From positions 113,394 to 177,393 of the forward strand of contig MU053876.1 of NCBI GenBank assembly GCA_013239625.1: a stretch of 64,000 nucleotides of DNA, given 5' to 3'. The translations under genes and the position numbers were made by a program. The stretch's first letter is position 1; the number at the start of each line of letters is the position of its first letter. Below, piece by piece: positions 1 to 13,344 of the stretch. Source of the DNA: Lama guanicoe (lineage: Eukaryota). The notes below the pieces were generated by a model. The model made no database searches. It was not told where the DNA came from and saw only the letters and a list, made by a program, of their open reading frames with translations.

Positions 1-69
1 ATAAAAATTAAACCCGGCATATATATTTCAATTTTATACAGAGTGTTTAATTTAAAAAAAAAATCAGAC

Positions 70-128
70 CTTTTCCTTTTTCTAAATTTGGGCTTTTTCT
101 TTTCAGTCTTATTTTTGGAAACTTGCAT
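70..128 (-). CDS. ZCWPW2: ZCWPW2 59-nt coding exon, basic NLS-like stretch
   Basis: Acceptor gttattttacAG, donor AAG|GTCTGA. Phase 0 to 2. Reads MQVSKNKTEKKKPKFRKRK(R). Downstream exons lie left of the window. Confidence 0.88.
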
Positions 129-594
129 CTGTAAAATAACAACAAGAAAAAGATGAGTTAGTTCATGTGGCATATGATGAGCTCAGTATAATAATGGATT
201 CTATATGGTCCAAGTAATTTAGCTCAGAAGAGACACGCTGGCCCACAGCCCCAAACAACACCTGTAACTCTAAGTCACTACTTCATAATCACTGCAATTG
301 CGCTGATTTGCTCGGCTCCAGGAATGGTCGCCTGATCCAAAATGAGTGCCTTCCCCCTGTATCCATTCTTCCTTCCTCACCTTCAAAACCACATGAAAAT
401 ACTAAGTAAAACAACTTTAAAATTTTAATACATATATGATCTTTAAAGAAAGAAAAAGAAATATTCAGATGCCAGAAACATGTGGAATGCCAAGCTGTAT
501 CAGTGGGAAATGACATGGTGAAGACCTCCAGGGAATGTGAACCAGGAAAGGGCCAAAAGGGCTTGAGATTGGAGTTTTAATGTCTAAACAAAGA

Positions 595-1275
595 CAAGAT
601 GAAGTATGTCGAGGAGCCGGAACCCTCATACATTCCTGGCTGGACTGGGAAATGGTGGAGCCACTTTGGAATACAGTTTGACAGTTCCTCAAAATGTTAA
701 ACGTAGAGTTACCCTCTGGTCCAGCAATTCTACTCCTAGGTATACGCCCAAGAGAAATGAAAACACATGTCCACATAAGAAATGATGTCTTGTCAAAATG
801 ATAAAACTATAAATACACATAACAGCATTCTTCATAACTGCCAAAAAGTAGAAACAACCCAGATGTTCATCAATGGACAGATATTGTAGTATACCCATAC
901 AATGGAATATTATTCAGCCTTCAAAAATAACGAACTGTTGACACATACTACAACATGGATGAATCTTGAAACCATTACGCTAAGTGAAAAGTTAAAAAAA
1001 AAGTCAGACACAGAAGGCCACATGTTGTATGAGTCCATTTATCTGAAATGTCCAGAAAAGGCAAATCCACAGAGACAGAAGTGGATTAGTGATTACCAGG
1101 GTCCATGGGGAGGTAGAAATGGGTAGTGATTCCTAACGAATGTTAGGTTTCCTTTTGGGATCATGAAAAAATGTCCTGAAATTAGATAGTGGTATTGGTT
1201 GCATAACTATGAATCTACTAAAAACCACTTAACTGTACATATTATAAAGAGTAAATAAATTGTATCTCAGTGAAG
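595..1275 (+). mobile_element. Old L1 (L1MB/L1ME-like) ORF2 end and 3'UTR fragment
   Basis: Typical L1 3' motifs: ccagcaattctactcctaggtatacgccca, aacaacccagatgttcatcaatgga, atggaatattattcagcc, acatggatgaatcttgaaa. Confidence 0.8.
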
Positions 1276-1842
1276 GTCAGAAATTTTTAAAAAATGCAAT
1301 GACATGGAAAAATTGAAAGTAATGAAATAGACACAATATATCAATGATTATTAACAAAAGGAACCTGACGTAGTGATTTTAATGTTAGAAAAGAACAGAT
1401 GTTAAGGCAAAAAAAGCATAATCAGAGATAAAAAGAGTTATTATTTAATGCTAAGAGAAACAATCTACCCCAAAAGTATAACAGTCCTGAACCTGTATAC
1501 ACCTAAAATCTTAGCCTTAAAATATACACAGAGAAACAGACAACTACAAGTAGAAATTGATGAATTTACAGTTAAAATGGGCTATTTTCATTTACTTCTA
1601 AGAAATTATATCTTAATAATAACTCAAGGAAAATTTATATGAAACATTCAGGGAATTCATGTTATTATGATGCTAGAGACTAAGTGGTCTTTTTGTGATC
1701 TTCAACCTCAAAGTAATATTCAAATATTTTTTTCCAGGACTGTTTCATATACATACAAGGTAGAAAAGCATATAGAAATATTATTGTCTAAATCATTGAT
1801 CTACATCTCCAAAGACAATGTAAAGCTATCATTTCTATCTTG

Positions 1843-1999
1843 TTTGTTCGGNNNNNNNNNNNNNNNNNTTTTTTTTGGAGGGGGAGATAATTAGGTTTAT
1901 TATTTATTTATTTAATTTTAATGGAAGTACTGGGGATTGAACCCAGGACCTGGTGCACGCGAAGCATGTGCTCTACCACTGAGCTATATACCCTTCCCT
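1843..1999 (-). mobile_element. tRNA-derived SINE (Vic-1-like)
   Basis: Reverse complement reads gggaagggtatatagctcagtggtagagcac...gtcctgggttcaatccccagtac (Pol III A/B boxes). TSD ctat(c/t)atttct(a/g)tcttg at 1826-1842 and 2000-2016. Confidence 0.85.
1852..1868. other. Assembly gap (17 N)
   Basis: Run of N within the SINE tail. Confidence 1.
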
Positions 2000-2499
2000 C
2001 TATTATTTCTGTCTTGAAATTAAGCATTGGCTTAAATTATAAGCATATTTGAGTATGAGGTGAGAGGATTGCTACAAAGGAAAATAAAATTAAGGTAACA
2101 AAGTGCAAACTGCTTTATAGGTTATTAATAGAAAGAAATACTGTTAGACAACTACCAAAAGTCAAGAAGAGTTGTGTTGGTGGTAAGAAATTCCTCTTCT
2201 GCTTTGTTAAATACTCCACAGCAGCCAAAACGAACATGTCAGTACTTGCCAAATGGTCTAGTATATATTTTCTGACTAAATGACCATTTTGCATTTCAGG
2301 GTCTTCTTTTGTTAAATAATGCTAAAAAATAACTACCTCAAGGTATCTGAGGGAAAATTAAATTAAATAACATGCCAGTTAGTTGATGTTCAATCATTGT
2401 TTACCACCAGCCCACCAGGTCAGTGCCGGAACTCTGCCCTTCATCCTTAGATCACAGGACCGAGGGAACTTGGCACTTTGATATGGCTGGACTCGGCCA

Positions 2500-2765
2500 G
2501 CCTATTAGTTCCCCAAGGCTGCATAACAAATTACCACAAACTTGGTAAAGCATCAGAAAATTTTCCTCTTCCAGTTCTCCGGGATAGATGTCTGTCTCTT
2601 ATAAGAACACCCGTCATTGGATTGATGGCCCACGTAATCCAGGATGATCACATCTCCGAGTCTTCACCTCAGTTACACCTGCAAAGATCCTTATTCCAAA
2701 TAAGGCCACGTTCTGAGGTTCCTGATGGACGTATCTTCTGGAGGCTACTAGTCGACCCACCACAA
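2500..2765 (-). mobile_element. MaLR (MLT1-like) LTR fragment
   Basis: Contains gctgcataacaaattaccacaaacttgg and cttataagaacacccgtcattggatt...ttccaaataaggccacgttctgagg. Confidence 0.7.
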
Positions 2766-2849
2766 ACAGACACTAAAGATTACCTTATCCATTCTATCCT
2801 TTCTACTTCGCTTCCTGGGTGGCATAGCTGATTCTCCCATGTTGTCTAG

Positions 2850-3037
2850 TCCAACGCTCCGCAGAGTAAGAGCCACAACGTGACCGGCTCAGCACATCTG
2901 GCAGCTTGTTAGGAATACAAATACTCATGGCCATTCCAACCCTACTGAAGCAGAAACTCTGGGGTGGGGCCCAGGGATCTGTGTTTAAATAAGCTCTTTG
3001 GGTGATTCTTAAGCAAACTGAAGATTTCCAGGCAGTG
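2850..3037. mobile_element. MER5A-like hAT MITE
   Basis: Contains agcttgttaggaatacaaat...cagaaactctggggtggggcccagggatctgtgtttaa and is flanked on both sides by gtctag. Confidence 0.75.
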
Positions 3038-6000
3038 GTCTAGCCCACACCCATTCACACATCTTTACTACTATAGATGTATCAAGGCTTTTAAAGAAAA
3101 CAAAGCAAGTATTCATTCTTTTCTTGCTGGATGTAAAAAACAAAGAGTCATATGTATAGAGAGCACATGACACTCATCGAAAAATATATATATTTAATGA
3201 TTATTACGATTGCAAATGATAGAACTGCCTTTCATTGCAAAGAACTGAAAATCCGTAAGAACTGTGTTTACATTCGGTTTATAAACTCTGCATAATGCAT
3301 AAACTGACTTGACGCCACACATTTCCTTAAGTCACTATTCATCTACATTAAAACCTTTTTATTTTCAGGCAAGAACAAGTTTGTTAGCTAACGCTGTGTT
3401 AAATCTGAGGGCGTAAAATTTTCATTCAGCATTTTATGCTCATAGAAGATATAAATGTGTTTTGTAATCTTGTGAGAATAACTGTCAGTTAATAATAATC
3501 TTAACTAAAGAGCTGCCTACTTTGACGGAAAAGGGAATGTGTACCTTGAATAATGTACACAAACTCCTTGTCAAAAGTCATCACACAGAAGCGAAAGCCA
3601 ATATTCTCATTTTCCTTTCGTAAATCTGCTGGGAAAATATGCTTGCAATAGGATGAAAACTGGTTTCAGGCAACATTGTAAATGATGGCTATTACTTAAT
3701 CTGAGGATCTGGAGAGTACAGATGACACAGTTAAGTCTTCGAGCCCGGATGATGTTTATTTTTAACACTTTATTGAAAAAGGAGGGAAGGTTGAAATGAT
3801 CATTGTCTAGCCCTACTTTAAACATGATTTCAACAGATCATCTACAAATCTGGACTTTCTTACATAACCGTCCGTCAGTGACCAGTGCTCCAGTGCGGTC
3901 CATCTTCAGTAGAGGCCGGTTTTGCTGTGAGATTTGGACAGTGTCAGAGATCAGTCCGTGGCAATGTGACCTGTAAATATCTTGCTGTCCCCTGCACTAC
4001 CTCTTCCGCCATCTGTGAGTTCACGCTAAAGCACCATGTGGATTTCTCAGCTTTGAGGGGCTTACCAGAGAAAACAGTGGAGTGTGTGTTCAAGGAGTGA
4101 GCTAAGACACAGGAGAGCCTTTTCCTTAAAAATAGAAATTGGCCACTTGGCCACCTTAAACAGAAGGCATGAAAAGGCCATCTATTACCACCTTCCACTC
4201 CGGGCTGAGGACGGAAGGGACAGGACACCTCAAGAAACACTGTGATTATACACTTCACTGATCATTTTTAAAGCCTTGGACTTGATTGTTTTTAAAATAG
4301 CCTTTGGCTATCTATCTGTACCAGTGATAGTACACAGAGATAGCACAGACTGTACTCGCACCGATGGAGAGCTTCAGAATACTCGGGACTAACAGAAACA
4401 GGGTGTCCCGAGAGGAAAGGTCCCCGGGAAAAGCAGAATGGATGCCAGCTGTTCATCTGACTGAATGGAGCCAGTAAATTAGATTATTTGACCTGTAACT
4501 GGACACCGTCTAAACACTCAAGTCTGCTGGGAACAATTCCTATTTGTGTATGGCTTTTCCTAAAGTCACTGGATATTTTAGCAAGAGGAAGGTTAGGAAA
4601 AGATAAGGTTTCCAAGGAAGATTTTTTTAGGATTGACATATTTCAATCAAATTTAAAAAGCTGATGCACAGAGAACCTTTGATGATTCTAGTACCCATAT
4701 TAGACTTTTCTTCTGGATTACAGAATAGATGTTGAGATCTTTGTGATCTGTTTTACCATTTTTCTCTCCAACAACTTGAGCAGTAAGGGTAACTGGCCTG
4801 ATCCTTAACCTACGATCACTGTCAAGCGTTCTGAACACTTATCCTCAGCATTAGGCGAAAGAAGATGATCTCTCTTCTACATAGGAACAGACAAACTCTG
4901 CACAGTAGTACAATTTTTTTTAAGGAGACTATCTGCACAATAACACAATTTAAAAAAAATTTTTATCTGGATCCAAGTCTTTACACTGGCTCTCTGAGGA
5001 TTGCAGAGGTTAAAATGAAAGACATTCTTGCTCCTAGATTCGTGGAAGGACATGGAAGATACATCTGTTTGATCTGGCTGTGTGGGGGAATACAGACTTA
5101 AGATGTATATCCAATATACATATTTCATAAAAGAGTAAATTATTTTCAAAGCAATGTGAACGTATTACTACATAAGCCAAAACAAAAATATTACCCAAAG
5201 TCATTATAATTACAAAGAATTTAATAGTAATAATTCATAGGTCTTCAGAGAAAAGAAATAGGTTCATGCTGTCTAATATAAATAATAAGTTGGAAGACTT
5301 GTGGGCAGAAGCCAAATGCTTATAAATTGGAAATTATAGATTAATTCCAAGTGATTAATTCTAATAAGTTCTAATAAGTTCTAAGTAAATTCTACTAATT
5401 TTCACTGGCATATTTTTTTCCAATGATAATAATTTCCCTTTGTAAATAGGAAAATCGTAGTTATTACTATTAGGCATAGAAAGATGATTAATATCTAGTG
5501 TAATAGCTGAAATCTATAAAATAAACTCATTACTCACATTCCTATTGTATGTTATATCAATCATCACTTTTCTATCGATCAGTAACACTGGTTTTGATTT
5601 TAGTGGAATGAGATGAGGAAGGTGATGGTGAATAATAACCTAACGTCAAGAAGAAACCCGGATTCATCTTGTGTGCAGCTTGATGGTGGAGACACATGTG
5701 TCTCTGGATGAGTTGAGTATAATCAACGAGATTGAAGAAAACTGCAGAACACAACCTTTTGTCCCAAACAACAAAGGACACTGCCTGTTCTTCATATGAT
5801 TCGTAGGACTCAGGCTGAAGAGGTTTTTGTTTCTTAACAAAAGAGCAATCACACTTTATAGAATTCTTTTTATTGCCTTCTGGCTCAAAGGTAAAATATA
5901 GACTAGAAAACTTGGAGAGTTATGGTTGAAAAGTTTTGAATTTCTGTGACACCGGATTTTAAGTATTACTAAACTCGAATTTCAAGTGAATTAATACTTT

Positions 6001-6430
6001 GAGTGAATTTTCAAATAAGCATGCATAGAGAAACAAAAATCAATACAATCTTCTATTATTAAACAGGGATATTTTAAAAAAATTTTACACGATACTTTGT
6101 GTTTTTTCATAATTAGGAGGAAAACAATTCTTAAACATTAAGAGAGAAAATTATTGACAAAGATGAATTTCTGTTTACCAAGTACCAAGTCTGTATATAC
6201 CAAGTCTGTATTTTGAATTCCTTCAAGTCACTGGTTTGGATACCCACATCACTTCCACCTTCCAAAGCACCCTTCAGACCTGCAAGTCCCCAGAATGGCA
6301 GTAACAGGTTCCCAGCAGCCCTGTGGATGGAAAAAGTGCCCTTTAAAAGCCGGCTGGCCAATACCTCGCCAACTACAAGCCCTGTGAGCCTGGAGAACAG
6401 CATGACCCTCACACTAGGATACTGTCCTTT

Positions 6431-6876
6431 TGAAGTGGGAAGAAAGGGGGCAGGGCGCAACCACTGAAGGAATGACACAGCAGCTGAGGACAGGACAAAG
6501 TGGCTAGAACCAAGATGGCGGAAGACTTGACTTCCAGTAGACCTTGAGCCTCATGGCGCACCCACAGGTGCCAAGACAGTTCCTAGGATGACCATAAAAG
6601 GTCAAAAAGTGGGTTAGGGGGCGATTCCTGGAAATCCTTGCCCTTTTCCCAAAGTAGTTGGAATAATCCTCCTACTCATTAGCATATGAAATTGCCAAGC
6701 CCATAAAACCTAACCAACTCAGCACCTTGCGGTTGCTCTCTCTCTCTCGCCTTCTGAGATGGCCGGCACTCTGCCTATGAAGTATGTTATCTCTCTAAAT
6801 CAACTTGCTTTCACTCTACCATGCCTTGCTCTTGAATTCTTTTTTGCGTGAGGTAAGAACCTATTCTCTCACAACA
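6431..6876 (+). mobile_element. ERV1 solo LTR, MER41-like
   Basis: TG...CA termini with 4-bp TSD cttt/cttc. Contains caagatggcgg (YY1-like) and GAS motif TTCCTGGAA (6625-6633). Clearly homologous to the LTR at 37566-38177. Confidence 0.8.
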
Positions 6877-8644
6877 CTTCACCTCCAGGGAAGGAAAACA
6901 GAAGGGTTTCCAAGTCTGCTGCCCCAACCCCGGTGCACAGGTCCCCTCTATCCCCCAGCTCCTCCCACTCCCGCTGCCCATCTTAGGAAAACTACAAGGG
7001 GCTCAGTTTGGCTGAAGTCAGAGCTGTGAACTGAAAGTCAAACCAAAGAGGTAAAAAAAAAAAGGTTAAGCAAATCTACAAGTCTCAAAGTAGACTTTTT
7101 AATTTAAGAAACAAATACAATCATCCACAGCAGAAAACAGCGACTTGAAATCAAGGGGTCTTTGCTTGCTCTCATAAATGGTATACAAAAGGCTTTGATA
7201 TCAGCAATTAATTCACTTTGTCTAATTTTAATATTTTCCTACTAAGAGTTATCCTAGCGAATTCCTATAGCTTGTAATTCAAGATAAAAAAAGGAAATCT
7301 CTTGCAACCTAATCAGGCAGGTTTAGTTATTAAGTTACTAAAGAATGTCATGGTTAAAAATCACTCCCCTGGAAGGCTGTTTCATAACACTGCCTTTCAG
7401 TGGGGCAGAGTTTGAGAATAGGAAAATTGAAATTAATATGAAAAGAATTTTTTATGTTAAAGTTTCTACTGATGATTTAAAGGGATAAATGGACAGTCTT
7501 TAATATTAATGTATTTATTTATATGTATTTGAAGATGTAAATCATATCAAAAGAGGGCATTACATTTTAAAATTTTGGTTAGGAAGCTTTTTGGGGTGAG
7601 GCAAATGTTGCCTATTTTAATCTGGAATGGTAGTCACGTGGATACACACACGTCAGAAAAACATCAAAACTCTACATTTAAGATCTGTTCATTTCACCGT
7701 GTTTAAATTTTACCTCAATAAAAATGTTAATAAAAAGGTAAATCATATGAAAGAAAGCCACAGTAAGTAACAGTATAGAAAATGGCAAAATGATAACAGA
7801 ATACCTGAATGATTCAAGTTAGGGGAACACTGGCATCTGGGAAGGGAATGATGCCCACAGAGTAAACTCCGAAAGGAGATTAAATGAGTTTTGAAGCCTG
7901 ACTTTGACTCTTCTCAAGGGGTTCCTCTGCTTACTGTTCTTCCCTGAGATTCTGCTCTGCCTGTGGCTAGAAACCAGCAGTAGAGATCTTTTATAATCTT
8001 TATCTTGTGGGAAAATGCATATAAAGCTAAATGAATCAAGTGAGCTATAGTGTATGACTTCTGTATTAATAAGCAAACTTATTAATTAGCACAAATATCC
8101 AGACATCTAGTCATAAAGTGTAAGCAACTTCTCCTGCAATTGGGCTAATGAAATTGCCCTGCTTATCATGAAGAATTTTTCCAAACTTTCGGGGAAAAAT
8201 TTTTTTTCATTAGAAAATATAATAGCTTAAATTCCTCATACATACTTGTATAAATCAAGACAGTGGTCATTATTTTTGTCTATCAAGGTGGTTTAAGTTA
8301 AACTCTTGGTATTAAGAAAAATAAATTGTTAGAAAAAAGTTACCCATACATGCATACTTCCTTTGTATAAGCCAAAAGATTTAGAAAAAATTAAAAAAAA
8401 AAAAACCTTTTCCAATTAGTAACAAATATGTGGGACAGTGGGATAGCCTTAATAGGTAAAACTCTACATGGAAAAAATTAAAGAAAAGTGATGAAGAGAC
8501 AATTTCTGCTTCTACATGGGTGCATTTAGTATTATGAACGCATACTTTCTCTCCAAATTAGTACACAGATTTTCTACAATACCAATCATCGTGTCAACAG
8601 AATTTTTCTTGGGACTTGACTAAATATTTCTTAAGTTCATCTGT

Positions 8645-8990
8645 GTGTTGTTAAAACTATTTAATTTGTGCCTTTATTGGGGTTGCCACAGGAAAGGTAA
8701 GGTAGGGTAGGTAAACAGTTTTAAGACTGGCTACCGTGAATAATTCTGTAAGGCTTTGCTCAAGAGGGTGGTCTCTGGTTGGCTGGAACCCGGCCCTGGG
8801 CTGACTTAGGGCAGGGGAAATACCGGCTTGGGATTTGAGAATTTGATAAGAAGGTAGTTGAGGGGTGTGGGTTTGGAGTTGGGTGCTGCACATGAAACAT
8901 GTACCCTGAGCCACCTCCAAGCATTAGCCAGCCTTGGGAGGGGGCAGGCCCTTCCCAGCCAAAAAGGTTTTTTTTTTTATGTTAAGACAT
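8645..8990 (-). mobile_element. ERV LTR-like fragment inserted in old L1 sequence
   Basis: GC-richer block with a reverse-strand AATAAA (ctttatt near 8671) interrupting L1-like sequence. Family not assigned. Confidence 0.45.
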
Positions 8991-9008
8991 CATAATATAT
9001 AGAAAATA

Positions 9009-9064
9009 CATATATATATATGTGTGTATATATATATATATGTGTGTGTGTATATATATACATA
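9009..9064. repeat. (TA)n/(TG)n compound microsatellite
   Basis: catatatatatatgtgtgtatatatatatatatgtgtgtgtgtatatatataca. Confidence 0.9.
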
Positions 9065-9436
9065 CAATCTGAAAAAGTAAAAAGACAAGAACTGTGAAAA
9101 CAATTTTTGAAAAAGCAGAGGAATGAAGGATCACTAATGCACACATTAAAGAAAAGACAGAGAGACAGTAATTAAAGCAATTCGGAAGTCATTTTAAGAT
9201 TAGATACAGGTACACCAGAAGTTAACACAACACTGCAAACTGACTACACTTCAACTAAGAAAAAAAGACTTAGATACATGGATAGATATGGAAATAGATG
9301 TTTTGACATGTGAAATGCCATATATTATATTATGAAGAAGGCATATTATGTATTATAAAGACGATAACAAAAGAAAAAGAGTAAAGAAGGGAAAATTATT
9401 TATTGGTCAATAAATGGTATTGGGACAAGCTGTTAG

Positions 9437-9923
9437 TGTAGGGGGGAAAAAGTATCTTTTGCCTCTACCCTTCTAAGTTCTCAGTTGGGGCCCCTGTAAC
9501 GAAAGACAGATTCGAAAGAGAACAGCATTCAAATTTATCTAAGTTTTATGTGACAGGGAGGCCTTCATAAGGAAAGGAAGACTCGAAGAAGCAGTGAAAG
9601 CTGAGAGCTTTGAGGTCTGAGGAAGAGTGGAAAGTCGTGGGGAAATGGGACGGACAGGAAAGGGTACGAGCTGAGCGTAGCAGACTGCAGGGGACAGTAA
9701 GGCCTGACCTTTCACATTCCTCTCTGTGTCCTCCTGTCTTTGGATTCAAGGATGCTCCTTGTCTCTGTGTATACGGATGACACCTCCCACGTGAGGTTCT
9801 TATGACCTGCTTCAGGGGAAGGTCAGAAAGTCCTCCCTGCACTGTTTCACAAATTCCTTCAGCTTGAAATATTCACTACAGCAGGGTGCCACATGCTGGG
9901 GTGGCATGTCCTGACTCTTACCA
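9437..9923 (-). mobile_element. ERV1 solo LTR, MER34-like
   Basis: Minus strand starts tggtaagagtcaggacatgccaccccagcatgtggcac, similar to the recalled MER34 5' end, and ends ...ccccctaca. Confidence 0.65.
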
Positions 9924-9992
9924 TTGGAAGGTTGCATGCAATTTTTTGCGCTCTGTCTTTGGACCACATGTAAAAATCAATCCACGCTTCTG

Positions 9993-10220
9993 TAATAACA
10001 GCTAACGATTATGAAGCTACTTCCTACGTTCCAGCACCGTGAGATGTGTGTTACACACGCTGTCAGAGCAAGTTTCATTTTGTCATATGTTCATTCTTCC
10101 CATTTGAGAGGAGATCGAGAGCTCAAGAGTTAAGCAGCTAAACTGAAGGTCACAGCACTGGCGGGTGACAGACCAGGGCTCTCTACGCTTCCTCATTCGT
10201 ACTCACACCACTGCACCATT
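9993..10220 (-). mobile_element. MIR SINE (decayed); source of the templated copy at 12360-12482
   Basis: aataacagctaac...cccatttgagaggagatcgagagctcaagagttaagcagctaaactgaaggtcacagc resembles the reverse-complement MIR core. Confidence 0.6.
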
Positions 10221-10885
10221 ATTTATCAAGTCTGTACCATTATAAGCAACAAAATAAATGCAGAGCGCAAATGTAGACTTGACCACATACCAATATATAA
10301 CTTCTGTATTTCCAGGGGGAAAAAAATGGAAAAGCACATAACATACTGGGAAAAGCATAACAGAAAATTAATATTTTCATTATGAGTATATAAGGAGTTC
10401 ATACAAATGTGTAAGAAAACATTACGAGCCCAGACACAGACAATCTACCGAAAGTCAAAGAAACGCGATTAAACCAACAGCAGCAGCAAAGTAAACTGGT
10501 AACAACCTCTTTATTATTCCTGTCAATGATGGTGGTTATTTGCATGCACTGCTGGAGAGAGCCTGACAACGTGGTAACAGGTTCCTATCCCTTCCCCAGG
10601 AATCCTTCTGCAGGGAAAACTGTCCTAAGGAAACGGCCCAACACGCGTGATGGAAGAGGAAGCCGTACTCATGAAGGTTCTCACCGAAGTATTACCAGTA
10701 GCGCAGGAGAAAGGTTACATGAATCATAACATACTCTTGTTTTCACGACAGAGCAGTCTTTTAAAGCATGTCTCAAAAGCCCTAGAGCCCTGAGAGAAAA
10801 TATTTTACTATATACAACTACACCAAAAGAACTACAAAAAAAAAACTGAAAAGGAAAACTGAAAACATGTTAACAAAGTATTATA

Positions 10886-11026
10886 GGGAGGATATAGCTC
10901 AGTGGCAGAGCATGTGCTTAGCATGCATGAGGTCCTGGGTTCAATCCCCAGTACCTCTATTAATAAACAAATAAATAAACCTAATTACCTCCCCCTACCA
11001 AAAAAAAAAAAGAGTTCTAAAAAACA
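10886..11026 (+). mobile_element. tRNA-derived SINE (Vic-1-like)
   Basis: gggaggatatagctcagtggcagagcatgtgcttagcatgcatgaggtcctgggttcaatcccc with A-rich tail. TSD aacaaagtatta at 10872-10883 and 11027-11038. Confidence 0.9.
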
Positions 11027-12259
11027 AACAAAGTATTAACAATCAATAATGAAAGACAGTATCTACAAATCAATCAAAGTAAAAAAAAGCCCATGGAAGA
11101 AATGAGCAAGTGTACGCATAGGCAGTTTTCAGAAGAAATATGTCCAATAAATGTATAAATAATGCTCTGCTCATTAAAGTAAAAGAATAAATACCAGCAA
11201 ATTAAAATAAAAATGGTGCATTTTTCTCCTTTCAAATATTGGCAGATACGTAAAGATCGGTGATCTCTAAAGCTGGCAGGGGAGTGGGAAAAACACTGGT
11301 AGGTGTATTCAGGTATAACTGTTTTGCAGTGCAATTTGGCGATACTTAACTCAAATTTTTAATTTTTATTTTGAAATAATTTTAGATTTACAGAAAGTTG
11401 CATAAATAGCACAAGAGAACCCCTATGTATCCTTTACCCAGCCTCCCCTAATGTTAATATCTTATGCGTTGATGAAGCCAGGAAATTAACACTGCTACAA
11501 AACTATTAACTAAACACCTAATTCAGAGTCACCAGTTTTTCCCACTGATGTTCTTTTTCTGTTTCAGGATCCAAACTAGGATTTCATGTGACATTTAGTT
11601 ACTATGCCTCCTTAGTCTCCTTCAATCTGCAGCAATTTCTCAGTCTTTCCTTGTATGGGAACAAATTGAAATGCTTACACACTATCCCCCAGCAAATCCA
11701 CTTATAGGAATTATTTTGCTAAAATTTGTGCACAAATGTGCAAAAATGTTTCCACAAGGATCCTTATTTCTAGACTGTGAAACAGTAAAATGTTGGATGT
11801 GGGGCAATAAATGGGGAGGGAAAATGGCTCGCACTTTCCAGCTCACATGCTTTTGAATTCCTTAATTTTTTTCCCTAGCATGTATTTGTTTCATAATTAA
11901 AGGAAAATAAGACAAATTATACAGAAACAAAGACTGTTAGTGTCTAGAAATAGCCAGCCAAGGCGGTCTGGACATTCCCTTATACTAATTGGGACTGCCA
12001 TTGGTACAATAATGTGGGGGATTTTTTTTTTAATGGAAGGTGTTCAGCAATTTGGCATAATTTAAAATGCATCTAATGTAAACTATGGGCTTTGGCTGGT
12101 AATAATGTGCCCATGTTGGTTCACCGATTGTACCAAATATGCCTCAATGATGAGGGATGTGTGGGTGGGCAGGGCTACGTGGGAACTCGGTATTTTCTGC
12201 TCAATTCTGTTGTAAACCTGAAACTGCTCTAAAAGAATAAAGTCTATTTTAAAAAATGC

Positions 12260-12581
12260 ATCTATTCTTTGAAGTAAGCCCACTTCTAGTCATTTTTCCT
12301 GTAGAAATACTTCACAAATGTTTGAAGAGATTTCTGTACAATGCTGCTGCTGCATCTATACCGTGAGATGTGTGTTACACACACTGTCAGAGCAAGTTTC
12401 ATTTTGTCATACGTTCATTCTTCCCATTTGACAGGAGATCGAGAGCTCAAGAGTTAAGCAGCTAAACTGAAGGTCACAGCACAATCTATTCTTTGAAGTA
12501 AGCCCACTTCTAGTCATTTTTCCTGTAGAAATACTTCACAAATGTTTGAAGAGATTTCTGTACAATGCTGCTGCTGCATCT
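12260..12581. repeat. 98-bp direct duplication (12260-12357 = 12484-12581) enclosing a 123-bp copy of 10036-10158
   Basis: Read directly: the two 98-bp blocks are identical, and the insert differs from its source at 3 positions. Confidence 0.95.
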
Positions 12582-13344
12582 TGTAGTTTTGTAAACCTAA
12601 AGCCAACCTGAATGTCCAGGAGATTGCTCAGGAAATTAAGACACTTCCATAAAAAGTGCCATGCAGACTCTTAAGATACTGGTGGGTCTCTGACTTGGAA
12701 AGATGTCCACAATGTATTACTGAGTGAAAACAGTGGAGTTTAATTCATTCCACTTATGTTAATAAAGTATATGTACTTATAAATGTTATACTTTGTCTAT
12801 TCATAAACATTTGTACATATAATACATATATTTATACACACAGAAAAAAATACATAAAAATATTAACTTTTTTCTTTTAGGGCTGAAATTACAGCTGGGA
12901 AAGGACTTGTAGCTTTAATTTTTTTTCTCACAATGCTACTTCTTTACTTTTAAAAAAAACTCTTAAAAGTTATAAAAATCACAAGACATGGAAAAGGTTT
13001 GTGATATATAAATGAAAACACTAATGGCATATTACTCAATGATTTAAAGTATACAAATAGACATGTATACAGAAATGACTAAAGCCAATACATTCAATTA
13101 ATAAAAATTGGTTTAATTAAGGTGATGGATTTTGGATGATTTTTAAAATTTATCCTCCAAATATAATGTTATTATATTACTTTCAAAAAAATTGAATCAT
13201 GATTAAAATGTGGGACCTACATTAAAAAAAAAGACATAAATAATCTTTATCTAATAGAAGTAAGATACTATTATATGTCTGAGAATTTTAAATATTCTTA
13301 AATCCTTACTGTCTACTTCTTTCTAAGGAGAAGTTAGGGAGAAA

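Noticed and set aside
5689..5704. Perfect 16-bp palindrome gagacacatgtgtctc
   Set aside because: About one 8-bp-arm palindrome is expected by chance in 64 kb, and there is no supporting context.
10886..10960. tRNA-like sequences with A/B boxes (eight copies in the window)
   Set aside because: They carry A-rich tails and TSDs and are diverged from each other, so they are SINE heads rather than tRNA genes.
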